64,000 bases of DNA from an uncultured Rhodocyclaceae bacterium (GTDB lineage Bacteria > Pseudomonadota > Gammaproteobacteria > Burkholderiales > Rhodocyclaceae), in the NCBI GenBank assembly GCA_934271525.1, contig CAKQRL010000001.1:184314-248313 (forward strand). Direction: 5' to 3'. Each line of letters opens with the position of its first letter. The first letter of the stretch is position 1. Made by a program: the position numbers and the translations under genes. Below, piece after piece: positions 39,337-50,360 of this stretch. The notes below the pieces were generated by a model, which did no database searches, was not told the DNA's origin, and saw only the letters and a list, made by a program, of their open reading frames with translations.

Positions 39337-41070
39337 TTACACCGCGCGCACTTTTACATAAGAGCCGGGCGCGGCTTCCAAAGGTTTGTATTGCGCATTG
39401 CCCAAAGTTTTGGGTGGCGTTTGTTCTTTGCCTTGCAAAGGTTTGTTCCAAGCGGCCCAATCTTTCCACCAGCTGCCGGGATGTTCCGAAGCACCTTCAT
39501 ACCAACTTTGTGCATCTTCGTTCAAATTTTCATTCGTCCAGTAGCTGCGTTTGTCTTTTTTGGCGGGATTGACTGTTCCTGCCACGTGACCAGAAGCGCC
39601 CAAAACAAAACGCATATTGCCACTTAAAATGCGTGTGCTTTGGTAAGCAGAAGTCCAAAACACAATGTGGTCTTCTTTGGCGGCAAACAAATAAGTGGGG
39701 CAATCAATTTTGCCCAAATCCACTTTCTCACCGCAAACGGTGACTTTGCCCGGCACGCGCAAATTGTTGTCGTAATAAGTGTTGCGGATATACCAACAAC
39801 CAAAAGGCCCTGCCATATTCGTGGAGTCGGAATTCCAATAAAGAATATCAAAAGCGGCTGGTTTTTCGCCTTTTAAGTAATTGTTGACCACGTAACTCCA
39901 AACCAAATCATTGGGTTTCAAAAAGGAGAAGGTGTTTTGCAAATCGCGCGCGGGTAATAATCCGCCTTTGCCGATGGTGGCATCGCGCGTTGCCAAAAAG
40001 TTGGCATCAATCATCAAACCAATATCACCCGTGTCAGAAAAATCCAACAAAGTGGTCAACAGCGTTAAGGAATGGGCAATTTTTTCACCGCGCGCCGCCA
40101 AAACAGCCAAAGCCGTGCAAAGCATTGTGCCGCCCACGCAAAAGCCCAAAACGTTGATATCTTTGGCACCAGTTACATTTTGCACAATGTGCATGGTGTC
40201 AATAATGCCTTTTTCAATAAAATCATCCCAAGTGAGTTTGCATTGCGGGTCGGTTGGGTTAATCCAAGAAACCAAGAAAACGGTGTTGCCTTGCTCAATC
40301 AAATAACGCACAAGGGAATTATCCGGTTGCAAATCCAAAATGTAGAATTTGTTAATAGAAGGCGGCACCACCAAAAGCGGACGCGCGCCCACTTTTTCGG
40401 TTAAAGGTTTGTATTGAATGAGCTGCATCACTTCATTTTGAAAAATCACACTGCCTTCTGTGGTTGCCAGATTTTTGCCGATTTCAAAAGCGGATTCATC
40501 GGTCATAGAAATGCGGCCTTTTTGCATATCGCCCAACAGGTTGTTGATGCCATCGGTAATGCTTTGACCGCGCGTTTCCATGGCTTTTTGGATAAATTCC
40601 GGATTGGTTGCCGCAAAATTAGAAGGCGAAAAAGCATCGCCGATTTGCGTTGCCAAAAAGCGCATTTTTTCTCTTGCGCGCTCATCTTCTGTGGGCACCG
40701 ATTCCACCAAACGATTGAGCATTTCCACATTCAATAAATAAGATTGATAAAGGTATTCGTAATATGGATTTTTATGCCACGCTTCACCTTGAAAACGGCG
40801 GTCTTTATCGGCGCCAGCAACTTTAAAAGTTGGTTCAATGCCTTGTTGTTTTTGCATAATGGATTGCCAAAGTTCCATTTGCTTTAAAGCATATTCGCGT
40901 TGCAAGTTGGTTACCAGTTGTGCTTCTTGTGGAATTTGCACATTGGCATTGTTCATAGAACTCATTTGACCAACTGCACCCATAAATTGTTGAAGCATAT
41001 TTTGCCCGGCTTGCATAAATTGCGCCGCATTTTGTAAAAAATCTGTGCCCGAATTGGTTTCTTGCGTCAT
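39337..41070 (-). CDS. phaC: class I poly(3-hydroxyalkanoate) polymerase PhaC
   Basis: 577 aa, alpha/beta-hydrolase with lipase-box-like GFCVGG (active-site Cys). Confidence 0.9.
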   Translation of the reverse strand: MTQETNSGTDFLQNAAQFMQAGQNMLQQFMGAVGQMSSMNNANVQIPQEAQLVTNLQREYALKQMELWQSIMQKQQGIEPTFKVAGADKDRRFQGEAWHKNPYYEYLYQSYLLNVEMLNRLVESVPTEDERAREKMRFLATQIGDAFSPSNFAATNPEFIQKAMETRGQSITDGINNLLGDMQKGRISMTDESAFEIGKNLATTEGSVIFQNEVMQLIQYKPLTEKVGARPLLVVPPSINKFYILDLQPDNSLVRYLIEQGNTVFLVSWINPTDPQCKLTWDDFIEKGIIDTMHIVQNVTGAKDINVLGFCVGGTMLCTALAVLAARGEKIAHSLTLLTTLLDFSDTGDIGLMIDANFLATRDATIGKGGLLPARDLQNTFSFLKPNDLVWSYVVNNYLKGEKPAAFDILYWNSDSTNMAGPFGCWYIRNTYYDNNLRVPGKVTVCGEKVDLGKIDCPTYLFAAKEDHIVFWTSAYQSTRILSGNMRFVLGASGHVAGTVNPAKKDKRSYWTNENLNEDAQSWYEGASEHPGSWWKDWAAWNKPLQGKEQTPPKTLGNAQYKPLEAAPGSYVKVRAV

Positions 41071-41169
41071 TTTGACCTCACTTCGTTGAATGTGGAAAAG
41101 GGCATTGTGCAGTGCAACTTAAACAATGTCAATTTAAAACAAAATAGCTTTAAAAATCAAAGTTTTAGC

Positions 41170-41919
41170 CTATCCATGCCCGTGGCCAATCAATTGTTGC
41201 ACTGCAAAAATTGAGAGAATTCCAAAGATAATTAAAAGAATTTGCAATGCGGCACTTTTTAAATCGGTTTTGTGGTGAAGCCCGGGAATCAAATCCGCCA
41301 TCGCCACATAAATCATACTTGCGGCAGCAACGCCCAAAAACAAGGGCAAAATCTCGTGCAATTCGCCCAACATTAAATATGCCAAGGCGGCGCCCAAAAT
41401 CATTGTGGCGTTTGAAATAAAGTTGAACACAATGGCGCGTTTTAGGCTGTAACCCGAATGGCGCAAAATCAAAAAATCGCCAATTTCTTGCGGAATTTCG
41501 TGCGCGATAATCGCCAACATTGTTACCCAACCGATTGTGGCATTTTCCAAAAAAGCGGCGGCAATCAACACGCCGTCAGCAAAGTTGTGGAAAGCATCCC
41601 CGATTAAAATCAACACGCCCGCGCGGTGTGGCGTGGGCGAATGGGTTTCGCAATGATTGTGGTGGCAATGTCGCCACAAAACGAGTTTTTCCAAAATAAA
41701 AAAGCCCAAAATGCCGCCAAGCAAAATAATGGAAAGTTGGTGCGCATCGGTTTCTTCAAAGGCGTGCGGCAGAATTTCCAAAAAAGCGGCACCAAGCAAA
41801 GCGCCGATGGCATAACAAATTAACAAATGCAAATGCCGCGCACGCAAGCCCACCAAAGCGCCAACAGCAACGCTAACGGTGCAAACAAAAAAAGCGGCTA
41901 ATAAGATCCAAAAAAACAT
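41170..41919 (-). CDS. ZIP-family divalent metal transporter (ZupT-like)
   Basis: 249 aa polytopic membrane protein with His-rich loop (HCHHNHCETHSPTPH) and a conserved HEIPQEIGDF motif. Confidence 0.75.
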   Translation of the reverse strand: MFFWILLAAFFVCTVSVAVGALVGLRARHLHLLICYAIGALLGAAFLEILPHAFEETDAHQLSIILLGGILGFFILEKLVLWRHCHHNHCETHSPTPHRAGVLILIGDAFHNFADGVLIAAAFLENATIGWVTMLAIIAHEIPQEIGDFLILRHSGYSLKRAIVFNFISNATMILGAALAYLMLGELHEILPLFLGVAAASMIYVAMADLIPGLHHKTDLKSAALQILLIIFGILSIFAVQQLIGHGHG

Positions 41920-41964
41920 GGTCGGGTTAAGAAAAAGAAAAAAGGTGATTATAAAGATTGCAAT

Positions 41965-42021
41965 TTCCCACGGTAAACTCCAAAAAATTTTGAAAAAAAT
42001 GCGGCGTTTACCGTGGAAAAT
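41965..42021. repeat. palindromic repeat pair (TTTCCCACGGTAAACTCC ... GCGTTTACCGTGGAAAA)
   Basis: The TAA stop of kdsB lies inside the second arm. Confidence 0.9.
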
Positions 42022-42775
42022 CGCGTTTTTTTAAACGGGATTTTAAAATTTGGCGCACATGCTCGGCATCTTCCAAGGTATCCACGCCAACAAAATCGCC
42101 ATTTTTTAAAATGGCCAAGGCAATTTTTTCGCCGTGCCAGAGTGTGCGCAACTGCTCCAACATTTCTATTTTTTCCAAAGGCGATGGCGGCAATTCCAAA
42201 AATCGTTTGACGAAAGCGGCGCGGTAGGCGTATAAGCCGATATGCTTGAAAGCCGCGCAGGGCATGGCATTGGGATTATCGCGCGAGAAAGGAATTGCTG
42301 CGCGCGAAAAATAAAGCGCCTCATTTTTTTGATTGGCAACCACTTTGACGTTATTGGGATTTTGAAAAGCCGCAAAATCTTTAAAAGGTGTTGCCAAAGT
42401 TGCCATTGCCGCGCCAGATTTTTCCAAAGTTGTTGCCACCAAATTGAGCGCTTCGGGGTTCATCAACGGTTCATCGCCTTGCAAATTCACAATGATTTCA
42501 TCATTCAAAAAACCTTGCAATTTCAAGGCTTGCGCCAAACGTTCCGTGCCGTTTTGGTGGTGTTTGTCGGTTAAAACGGCGGCGATGTTGTGTTGCTGGC
42601 AAGTGTGCAGAATTTTTTCATCATCGCAAGCCACCACCACGCTTAGGGCGTTGGATTGCAAAGCAATTTGCGCCACGCGCACAATCATTGGAATGCCGTT
42701 TAAATCAATAAGCGGCTTTTGTGGCAAGCGAGTGGATTCTAATCGCGCGGGAATAAAAACGTGAAAATCAGGCAT
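42008..42775 (-). CDS. kdsB: 3-deoxy-manno-octulosonate cytidylyltransferase KdsB
   Basis: MPDFHVFIPARLESTRLPQKPL N-terminus resembles E. coli KdsB (IIPARYASTRLPGKPL), 255 aa. Confidence 0.9.
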   Translation of the reverse strand: MPDFHVFIPARLESTRLPQKPLIDLNGIPMIVRVAQIALQSNALSVVVACDDEKILHTCQQHNIAAVLTDKHHQNGTERLAQALKLQGFLNDEIIVNLQGDEPLMNPEALNLVATTLEKSGAAMATLATPFKDFAAFQNPNNVKVVANQKNEALYFSRAAIPFSRDNPNAMPCAAFKHIGLYAYRAAFVKRFLELPPSPLEKIEMLEQLRTLWHGEKIALAILKNGDFVGVDTLEDAEHVRQILKSRLKKRDFPR

Positions 42776-42818
42776 TTTTGAAAAAAATGAAACGTTGACC
42801 GTGGAAAACAGCGAAAAA

Positions 42819-43376
42819 TCAGGGTTTTTTCTGCGCAGATTCGGGTGATTTTGCTGATTCGTTGGATTTTTCCATTTTTGCCAACGATTCTTTTACCGCA
42901 GCGGCAATGCCTTGGGTAGAAGTTAAATTGATTTTAAGCGTAGCGCCTACAAAAGCGCGTTGGTCGGGCGTGTATTCGCTAAACGACGCGCTGCGCGCCA
43001 ACAAGGCGTTGACTTCGTCATTCAATTTTTTGTATTTGCGCTCAAAATTTTTGCCGCTCAATTTGGCTGCATCTGAGGCGATTTGTTGTTCTAATGCCAT
43101 ATCTTCGGGCGACACTGCGGCAATGTAGTGCGCCATTTTTTTCATAATCTTGGTGAAATCGGCGTCAATTTTTTTTAAATCTTCTGTTGTCATTTTTTTA
43201 TTAAGCCGCTCCAAAAGAGCGCTCAACTCGGCTTTTAAAGCGCGGTCTTCTGCCATACTTAAAGATATTGGCAGGTTTTCAATTGCCGCTGCGGCTTTTT
43301 TTTCTGCCGAATTGTTTTGCTCTGCAAAAACTGGCAATGCCAAAAATGCGGCGCACAAAATTGCAATGGTTTTCAT
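42819..43376 (-). CDS. periplasmic hypothetical protein, possibly DUF1311/LprI-like (lysozyme inhibitor fold)
   Basis: Signal peptide (MKTIAILCAAFLALPVFA). Helical region with the same arrangement as the neighbouring lipoprotein. Confidence 0.4.
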   Translation of the reverse strand: MKTIAILCAAFLALPVFAEQNNSAEKKAAAAIENLPISLSMAEDRALKAELSALLERLNKKMTTEDLKKIDADFTKIMKKMAHYIAAVSPEDMALEQQIASDAAKLSGKNFERKYKKLNDEVNALLARSASFSEYTPDQRAFVGATLKINLTSTQGIAAAVKESLAKMEKSNESAKSPESAQKKP

Positions 43377-43390
43377 TTGAAATCTCCTTT

Positions 43391-43936
43391 TTAATAAATG
43401 CGTTGTTGCAAAGATTGCTGTGCAAGTGTTGCCATTTTTAAGAAAATGGCTTCAATGCCAAATTGAAATTCGGATGCCAAATAATTGCGTTCATCCAAAG
43501 TGTAATCGGCAAAATTTTTGTTCAATTCCAAGTTGGCTTGCAAAATTTCCATCTCGTTTTTGAATTTTTTGTTAAAACCTTCTTCGCCCAATTTTTGGCG
43601 TGCGTCTGCCAAATCCCACAATTCGGTTGGTTTGAGCGCCAGCACATAACGTTGCCAAAATGCCGCGCGGCGTTCCATTTTTTTGGCGTATTCGCTTAAA
43701 TCTTGCGCGTGCATTTGCAAAATGCCCTCAGAACCTCGGCTTGTTACTTCGCCCAATTCTTTGTAAAAAGCTTGAAATTCGGTTGTAGATAAAGCCTGCG
43801 GCAAATCGCGCGCTGTTGATTTTGTTGCGGTGTAAGGAATTTTGGCAACCGTAAAGTTTTCCGGTTTTTCATAAGTGGGCGCTGATGCGCAAGCCACAAG
43901 AATGCTTGCTGCAAAACCCAAAAAAATATTTTTCAT
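43391..43936 (-). CDS. lipoprotein, paralogous to the preceding gene
   Basis: Lipobox LVAC-A (MKNIFLGFAASILVACASA). Similar length and helical pattern as 42819-43376. Confidence 0.4.
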   Translation of the reverse strand: MKNIFLGFAASILVACASAPTYEKPENFTVAKIPYTATKSTARDLPQALSTTEFQAFYKELGEVTSRGSEGILQMHAQDLSEYAKKMERRAAFWQRYVLALKPTELWDLADARQKLGEEGFNKKFKNEMEILQANLELNKNFADYTLDERNYLASEFQFGIEAIFLKMATLAQQSLQQRIY

Positions 43937-43982
43937 TCAAGATTCCTTTTTCAAAAAAATTTTCAGTTGACCGTGGAAAAAA

Positions 43983-45809
<1,827 letters not shown>

Positions 45810-45832
45810 TTAAAAAAAATTTTGGGTTCACC

Positions 45833-48800
45833 GTGGAAAATTCCAAAAATTTGCCAAACTTGCCGATTTTTGAAAAGGAATCGGCGATTGTTGCCGCATT
45901 AGAAAAAAATCAAGTCGTTATTGTTGCCGGCGCCACAGGTTCGGGCAAATCCACGCAACTTGCCAAAATTGTTTTAAAAGCAGGCTTGGGGCAGAAAATT
46001 GCCCACACGCAACCGCGCCGCTTGGCGGCAAGAACCTTAGCCGCTCGGGTTGCTGATGAATTAAATATGCCAATAGGCAGCGGCGTGGGTTTGGAATTGC
46101 GTTTTGTAAATGAAACAAGCGAGAATGATTGTATTACTTTTTTAACCGATGGTTTATTACTTTCTAAAATAACGCGCGATAAACTTTTAAATCAATACGA
46201 TACCATTATTATTGACGAAGCGCACGAGCGGAGTTTGAATATTGATTTTCTCTTGGCGTATTTAAAAATTTTAATTCAAAAACGCAAAGATTTAAAAATA
46301 ATTATTACCAGCGCCACGATTGATACCGATAAATTTTCAAAACATTTTAATAATGCACCGATTATTGAAGTATCAGGCAAGTTATTCCCCGTAAATATTC
46401 ATTATTTAAATGAAGAAATGGCGAATGTGGATTTGTTAGAAAAAACAGCCGATATTGTAGAAAATTTAAATGGTAAAAAAGGCGATATTTTAATTTTTTT
46501 AGGGGGTGAAAAGGATATTGCAGAAACAATTAAAATATTGCGCAAACGCCCAAGTTTGAAAAACATGGAATTTTTGCCGCTTTATGCGCGATTAGCGCCA
46601 CAAAAACAAGCGCGGGTTTTTGAATTATCAAAAACACAACGCGTGATTTTGGCAACCAACGTGGCCGAAACTTCGCTCACTGTGCCGAATATTCGCTTTG
46701 TGATTGATTGGGGTTTGGCAAGAATCAAACGTTACGCTTACCACCAAAGAATTGAACGCCTGCCGATTGAAAAAATTTCGCAAGCCTCGGCAAATCAACG
46801 CGCAGGGCGCTGCGGGCGACTTTCAAGCGGCGAATGTTTTCGGCTTTATACCCAAAGCGATTTTGAAACTCGCCCCGCTTTTACGCCGCCCGAGATTTTG
46901 CGCGCAAATTTGGCGAATGTGGTTTTAAAAATGCGGGCATTGCATTTTAATAATACGGATTTATTTTTGGAATCTCCGCCTCAAAAAGCGTGGAGCGATG
47001 CGGAAAAAACCTTAAAAGAATTGAATGCTTTAAATGAAAATAACGGTTTAACAAAAATAGGAAAACGTTTAGCCGATTTGCCCATTGACGCGCGGCTTGG
47101 ACGCATTTTATTAGCAGCGGAACATTTAAATGTTTTAAATGAAATGCTAATTATTGTTGCTGCTATTTCTGTGCCTAATTTATTAGATGAAAATCCACGG
47201 TCAACTGAATATTTTTTTGAAAAAAATAATCCGTTTACCGTGGAAAAACAGCGTTCTGTTTTTATGGATTATTTATCATTATGGAATAAAAGAAAAAACA
47301 ACCATTCGCCAAAGTTTAAAGAATGGAGTGAGATTTATTTTCAACTCAAAAAAATATTTCAACCGAAAAAATCTGTTTTAAAATCTGCCCCAGATTTTTA
47401 TAAAAAAATACACGGCGCGATTTTAACCGGTTTTTTGGGTTTTATCGGCTTTAAAAGCGATGAAAAAGGTTTATACCAAGGCGTTAAAAATCTGCGTTTT
47501 TATTTGCACCCGAAATTAACAATTAAAAATCCACCGCGTTGGATTGTGGCAAACGAGTTGGTTGAAACAAGCCGACTTTTTGCCAGCGCCTTTGCGCAAA
47601 TTGAACCCGAATGGATTGAATCAGCGGCTTATAACTTAATTCAAAAACAATTTTTGGAACCGCATTGGGAAAAAAAATCGCAAGCCGTCATTGCTTATGA
47701 AAAAATTACGCTTTGGGGTTTAACGATTATTCCCAAACGGCGTGTTTTGTTTGGAGAAAAAGATAAAGCATTGTCGCGCCAAATATTTATTCAAAATGCC
47801 TTGGTACAAATGGATTTGCCTGTGGCGTTTTTAAACCGATGGGCATTTATTCAAAATAATTTAAAAATTATTCAAAAAATAAAAGAAATGGAAATAAAAC
47901 AACGGCGGCAAGATATTTTAATTGATGATAGTTTGATTTTTGATTTTTACAATGCGCATATTGATGCCAATGTTTATGATTTGAAAAGTTTTGAAGTGTG
48001 GTTGAAACATAACCCCAAAACGCTATTTTTATCGCAAAAAGATTTGATGAATCACCAAGCCAATGGCATAACCAATGAAAAATTTCCATCCTTTTTAAAA
48101 ATTGGTGAAAAAGCATATCCCTTGATTTATAACTTTGCGCCCAATGATGCAATGGATGGCGTTACTATTCAAATACCGCTATTGGATTTAAAAAACATTC
48201 CCTCCAAATGTTTGGAATGGTTGGTGCCCGGACTCATTAAAAACAAAGTATTGTTTTTGCTCAAAAGCTTGCCGCAAAAATACCGCGTGAAGATTCAACC
48301 ATTAGAAACTTTTACTGATGATTTTTTGGCAAAAGAAGATTTAAATTTAAACGATGGCATTGTTTTTAATCTTATTCAATTCATGCGCACAAAATACGCT
48401 TTTGAATCGCGAGGGTGGGCATTAAATGAACAACTTTTTCGCACAGAGAACCTGCCGCATTATTTTTTGATGAATGTTGAATTATTAGATGAAAATAAAA
48501 ATCGCTTGGCACTCTCACGCAATATTGATGATTTAAAAACACAATTTAAAGAATCCGCCAAAAAAGTGTTTGTTGCGCATATTCCAAAAGAAGAAACACA
48601 AGATTTTAAAAATTGGGATTTTGGCGATTTGGATGATTTGATTGAGTTAACCATCGCTGGCGAAAATGTGATTGGTTATCCAGCTTTGTGTTTTGAAAAA
48701 AATCGTTTGTTTTTAAACGTTTTTGATGATTTGGATTCTGCTACTTTGAATCATAAAATCGGTTTGTTGGAATTATTTCAGCGCGTTTTGAATGTTTATA

Positions 48801-49429
48801 AAAAAAGTTTGGAAAAAAACTGTTCTAATAGCCTTTTAATGTTGTTTATGCCTTTGGGCACGGCAGAAGAATTTAAAAAACAATGGTTGGCGCAGGTTTT
48901 TACAGAATGTTGCTTAAATGAACCATTGCCCAAAACCAAGGCTGCTTTTTTAAAACGCGTGGATAAAGCCAAACCCCGCTTAAACCTTGTGGGGCAAGAG
49001 ATGGCAAGGTTGCTCACAGAGATTTTGGAATTGTGGCGCAACCAAAAATTAAACAATGTTAAGGCTTTTCCAAACGCTTTGGAAGATTTGAATCGCCAAC
49101 GTGATTTTTTAATCCACAAACATTTTATTATTCAAAACTCTTGGGCGCGTTTAAAACAATTTCCGCGTTATTTAAAAGCAATGGATTGGCGCATTGAAAA
49201 AATTCGGCAAAACCCCGCACGGGATTTTCAAAATCAAAAAGCGATTGCTTATTTTTTAAATCTTTATTTGAGAGAAATTAAAAAACACCCGCAAAATCTT
49301 GCTTTAAAAGATTTTTATTTTTTGATTGAAGAATTGCGGATTTCTTTATTTTCAGATGGCAAATTAAAAACGCCAATGCCAATTTCAATTAAACGATTAG
49401 AAAAAGTTTGGGCTTCTTTAAAATTTTAA
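45833..49429 (+). CDS. hrpA: ATP-dependent RNA helicase HrpA (N-terminally short relative to E. coli)
   Basis: DEAH-box helicase: Walker A AGATGSGKST, DEAHER, SAT, a HA2/OB region and a long C-terminal domain. The track start (GTG 45833) lies inside a repeat arm, so the exact start is uncertain. It begins only 54 bp from the divergent thiC start. Confidence 0.85.
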   Translation: MENSKNLPNLPIFEKESAIVAALEKNQVVIVAGATGSGKSTQLAKIVLKAGLGQKIAHTQPRRLAARTLAARVADELNMPIGSGVGLELRFVNETSENDCITFLTDGLLLSKITRDKLLNQYDTIIIDEAHERSLNIDFLLAYLKILIQKRKDLKIIITSATIDTDKFSKHFNNAPIIEVSGKLFPVNIHYLNEEMANVDLLEKTADIVENLNGKKGDILIFLGGEKDIAETIKILRKRPSLKNMEFLPLYARLAPQKQARVFELSKTQRVILATNVAETSLTVPNIRFVIDWGLARIKRYAYHQRIERLPIEKISQASANQRAGRCGRLSSGECFRLYTQSDFETRPAFTPPEILRANLANVVLKMRALHFNNTDLFLESPPQKAWSDAEKTLKELNALNENNGLTKIGKRLADLPIDARLGRILLAAEHLNVLNEMLIIVAAISVPNLLDENPRSTEYFFEKNNPFTVEKQRSVFMDYLSLWNKRKNNHSPKFKEWSEIYFQLKKIFQPKKSVLKSAPDFYKKIHGAILTGFLGFIGFKSDEKGLYQGVKNLRFYLHPKLTIKNPPRWIVANELVETSRLFASAFAQIEPEWIESAAYNLIQKQFLEPHWEKKSQAVIAYEKITLWGLTIIPKRRVLFGEKDKALSRQIFIQNALVQMDLPVAFLNRWAFIQNNLKIIQKIKEMEIKQRRQDILIDDSLIFDFYNAHIDANVYDLKSFEVWLKHNPKTLFLSQKDLMNHQANGITNEKFPSFLKIGEKAYPLIYNFAPNDAMDGVTIQIPLLDLKNIPSKCLEWLVPGLIKNKVLFLLKSLPQKYRVKIQPLETFTDDFLAKEDLNLNDGIVFNLIQFMRTKYAFESRGWALNEQLFRTENLPHYFLMNVELLDENKNRLALSRNIDDLKTQFKESAKKVFVAHIPKEETQDFKNWDFGDLDDLIELTIAGENVIGYPALCFEKNRLFLNVFDDLDSATLNHKIGLLELFQRVLNVYKKSLEKNCSNSLLMLFMPLGTAEEFKKQWLAQVFTECCLNEPLPKTKAAFLKRVDKAKPRLNLVGQEMARLLTEILELWRNQKLNNVKAFPNALEDLNRQRDFLIHKHFIIQNSWARLKQFPRYLKAMDWRIEKIRQNPARDFQNQKAIAYFLNLYLREIKKHPQNLALKDFYFLIEELRISLFSDGKLKTPMPISIKRLEKVWASLKF
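47200..47249. repeat. complete palindromic repeat pair embedded in frame inside hrpA coding sequence
   Basis: AAATCCACGGTCAAC-TGAATATTTTTTTGAAAAAAATAATCC-GTTTACCGTGGAAAAAC is translated as ...NPRSTEYFFEKNNPFTVEKQ... within HrpA. Confidence 0.8.
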
Positions 49430-49440
49430 ATTGCAAAAAA

Positions 49441-49505
49441 AATCCACGGTCAACCGATTATTATTTTGATATTGTTAGTGTTTTTGTTCGTTGACCGTGG
49501 GAAAA
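49441..49505. repeat. palindromic repeat pair with a longer spacer (AATCCACGGTCAACCG ... CGTTGACCGTGGGAAAA)
   Basis: Convergent intergenic region between hrpA and the hypothetical gene. Confidence 0.85.
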
Positions 49506-49507
49506 TA

Positions 49508-50260
49508 TTAAATCATTTCGCGGATTTTTTCCAAAACAATGGGCATTTTGGAAAATACATTCAAACGTGCATTTTCATTTAAAGGGTCGCGTGCCAAAAT
49601 ATTCACCGCTTTTTCTAATTGTCGCGCAGCACCAGCCACATCGTTTAATTCAATTTGCATGGCTTCTTGCACCAACCAATCGGTGCTCAACTGCAAGGTT
49701 TCCATATTCGGCGGCAATTCGTTCAAAGCGCTGTGGATTAGTTCCAATTGTTCGGCGGCTTCGTCCAAAAAGAGTTGGTCAATAATTTCTGAGCGCCCAT
49801 CGTAATTCAAGGATTCTGCCGATTGCGTCAAACGTTTGGTGAAGTAGGTCAAGCGTGCGTTTAATTCGGGATGCTCCAAATCGGTGTCGCTCATCACTTC
49901 AAAAGTGCTGCAAAGCGCTGCTTTTAAAGAAAAAGCCTGCGGCAAGGTTGCCACGCTTTCATAGCGCCCAACGGCGTTCACCAAGGCTTCGGCAAAAGGC
50001 AGGCAATAAGGATCATTGGTTTTCAAAAGCAAGCGGTAGGTTTGCCATGCCAAATGGTGCAAGGCGTTTAAGCTTTCGTCTTCTTCCACCACCAAATTGC
50101 GCCATTGAATAAGCAAACGCCGCATGCACACTTGCCACGCATCGTTGACCGTTGGGTCAAAACGGCGCTGTGCTGCTTTTGCCAAAAGCGGCAAAATGGC
50201 ATTCAACATATTGGGCAGTTGCACGCGAAAGTCAGAATCAAGAGAAAGAGCAGGTGTCAT
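49508..50260 (-). CDS. hypothetical protein (about 250 aa)
   Basis: Clean ORF with no recognisable motif. Start probably at MTPALSLDSDF. Confidence 0.5.
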   Translation of the reverse strand: MTPALSLDSDFRVQLPNMLNAILPLLAKAAQRRFDPTVNDAWQVCMRRLLIQWRNLVVEEDESLNALHHLAWQTYRLLLKTNDPYCLPFAEALVNAVGRYESVATLPQAFSLKAALCSTFEVMSDTDLEHPELNARLTYFTKRLTQSAESLNYDGRSEIIDQLFLDEAAEQLELIHSALNELPPNMETLQLSTDWLVQEAMQIELNDVAGAARQLEKAVNILARDPLNENARLNVFSKMPIVLEKIREMI

Positions 50261-50360
50261 CGCAATTCCTTTAAAAAACAATAACTTATAGGAAGATATT
50301 ATGAAATTGCGTGAAGTTTAACTAAAAAAATAAATAAAATCAAATATTATTTTAATTTTT

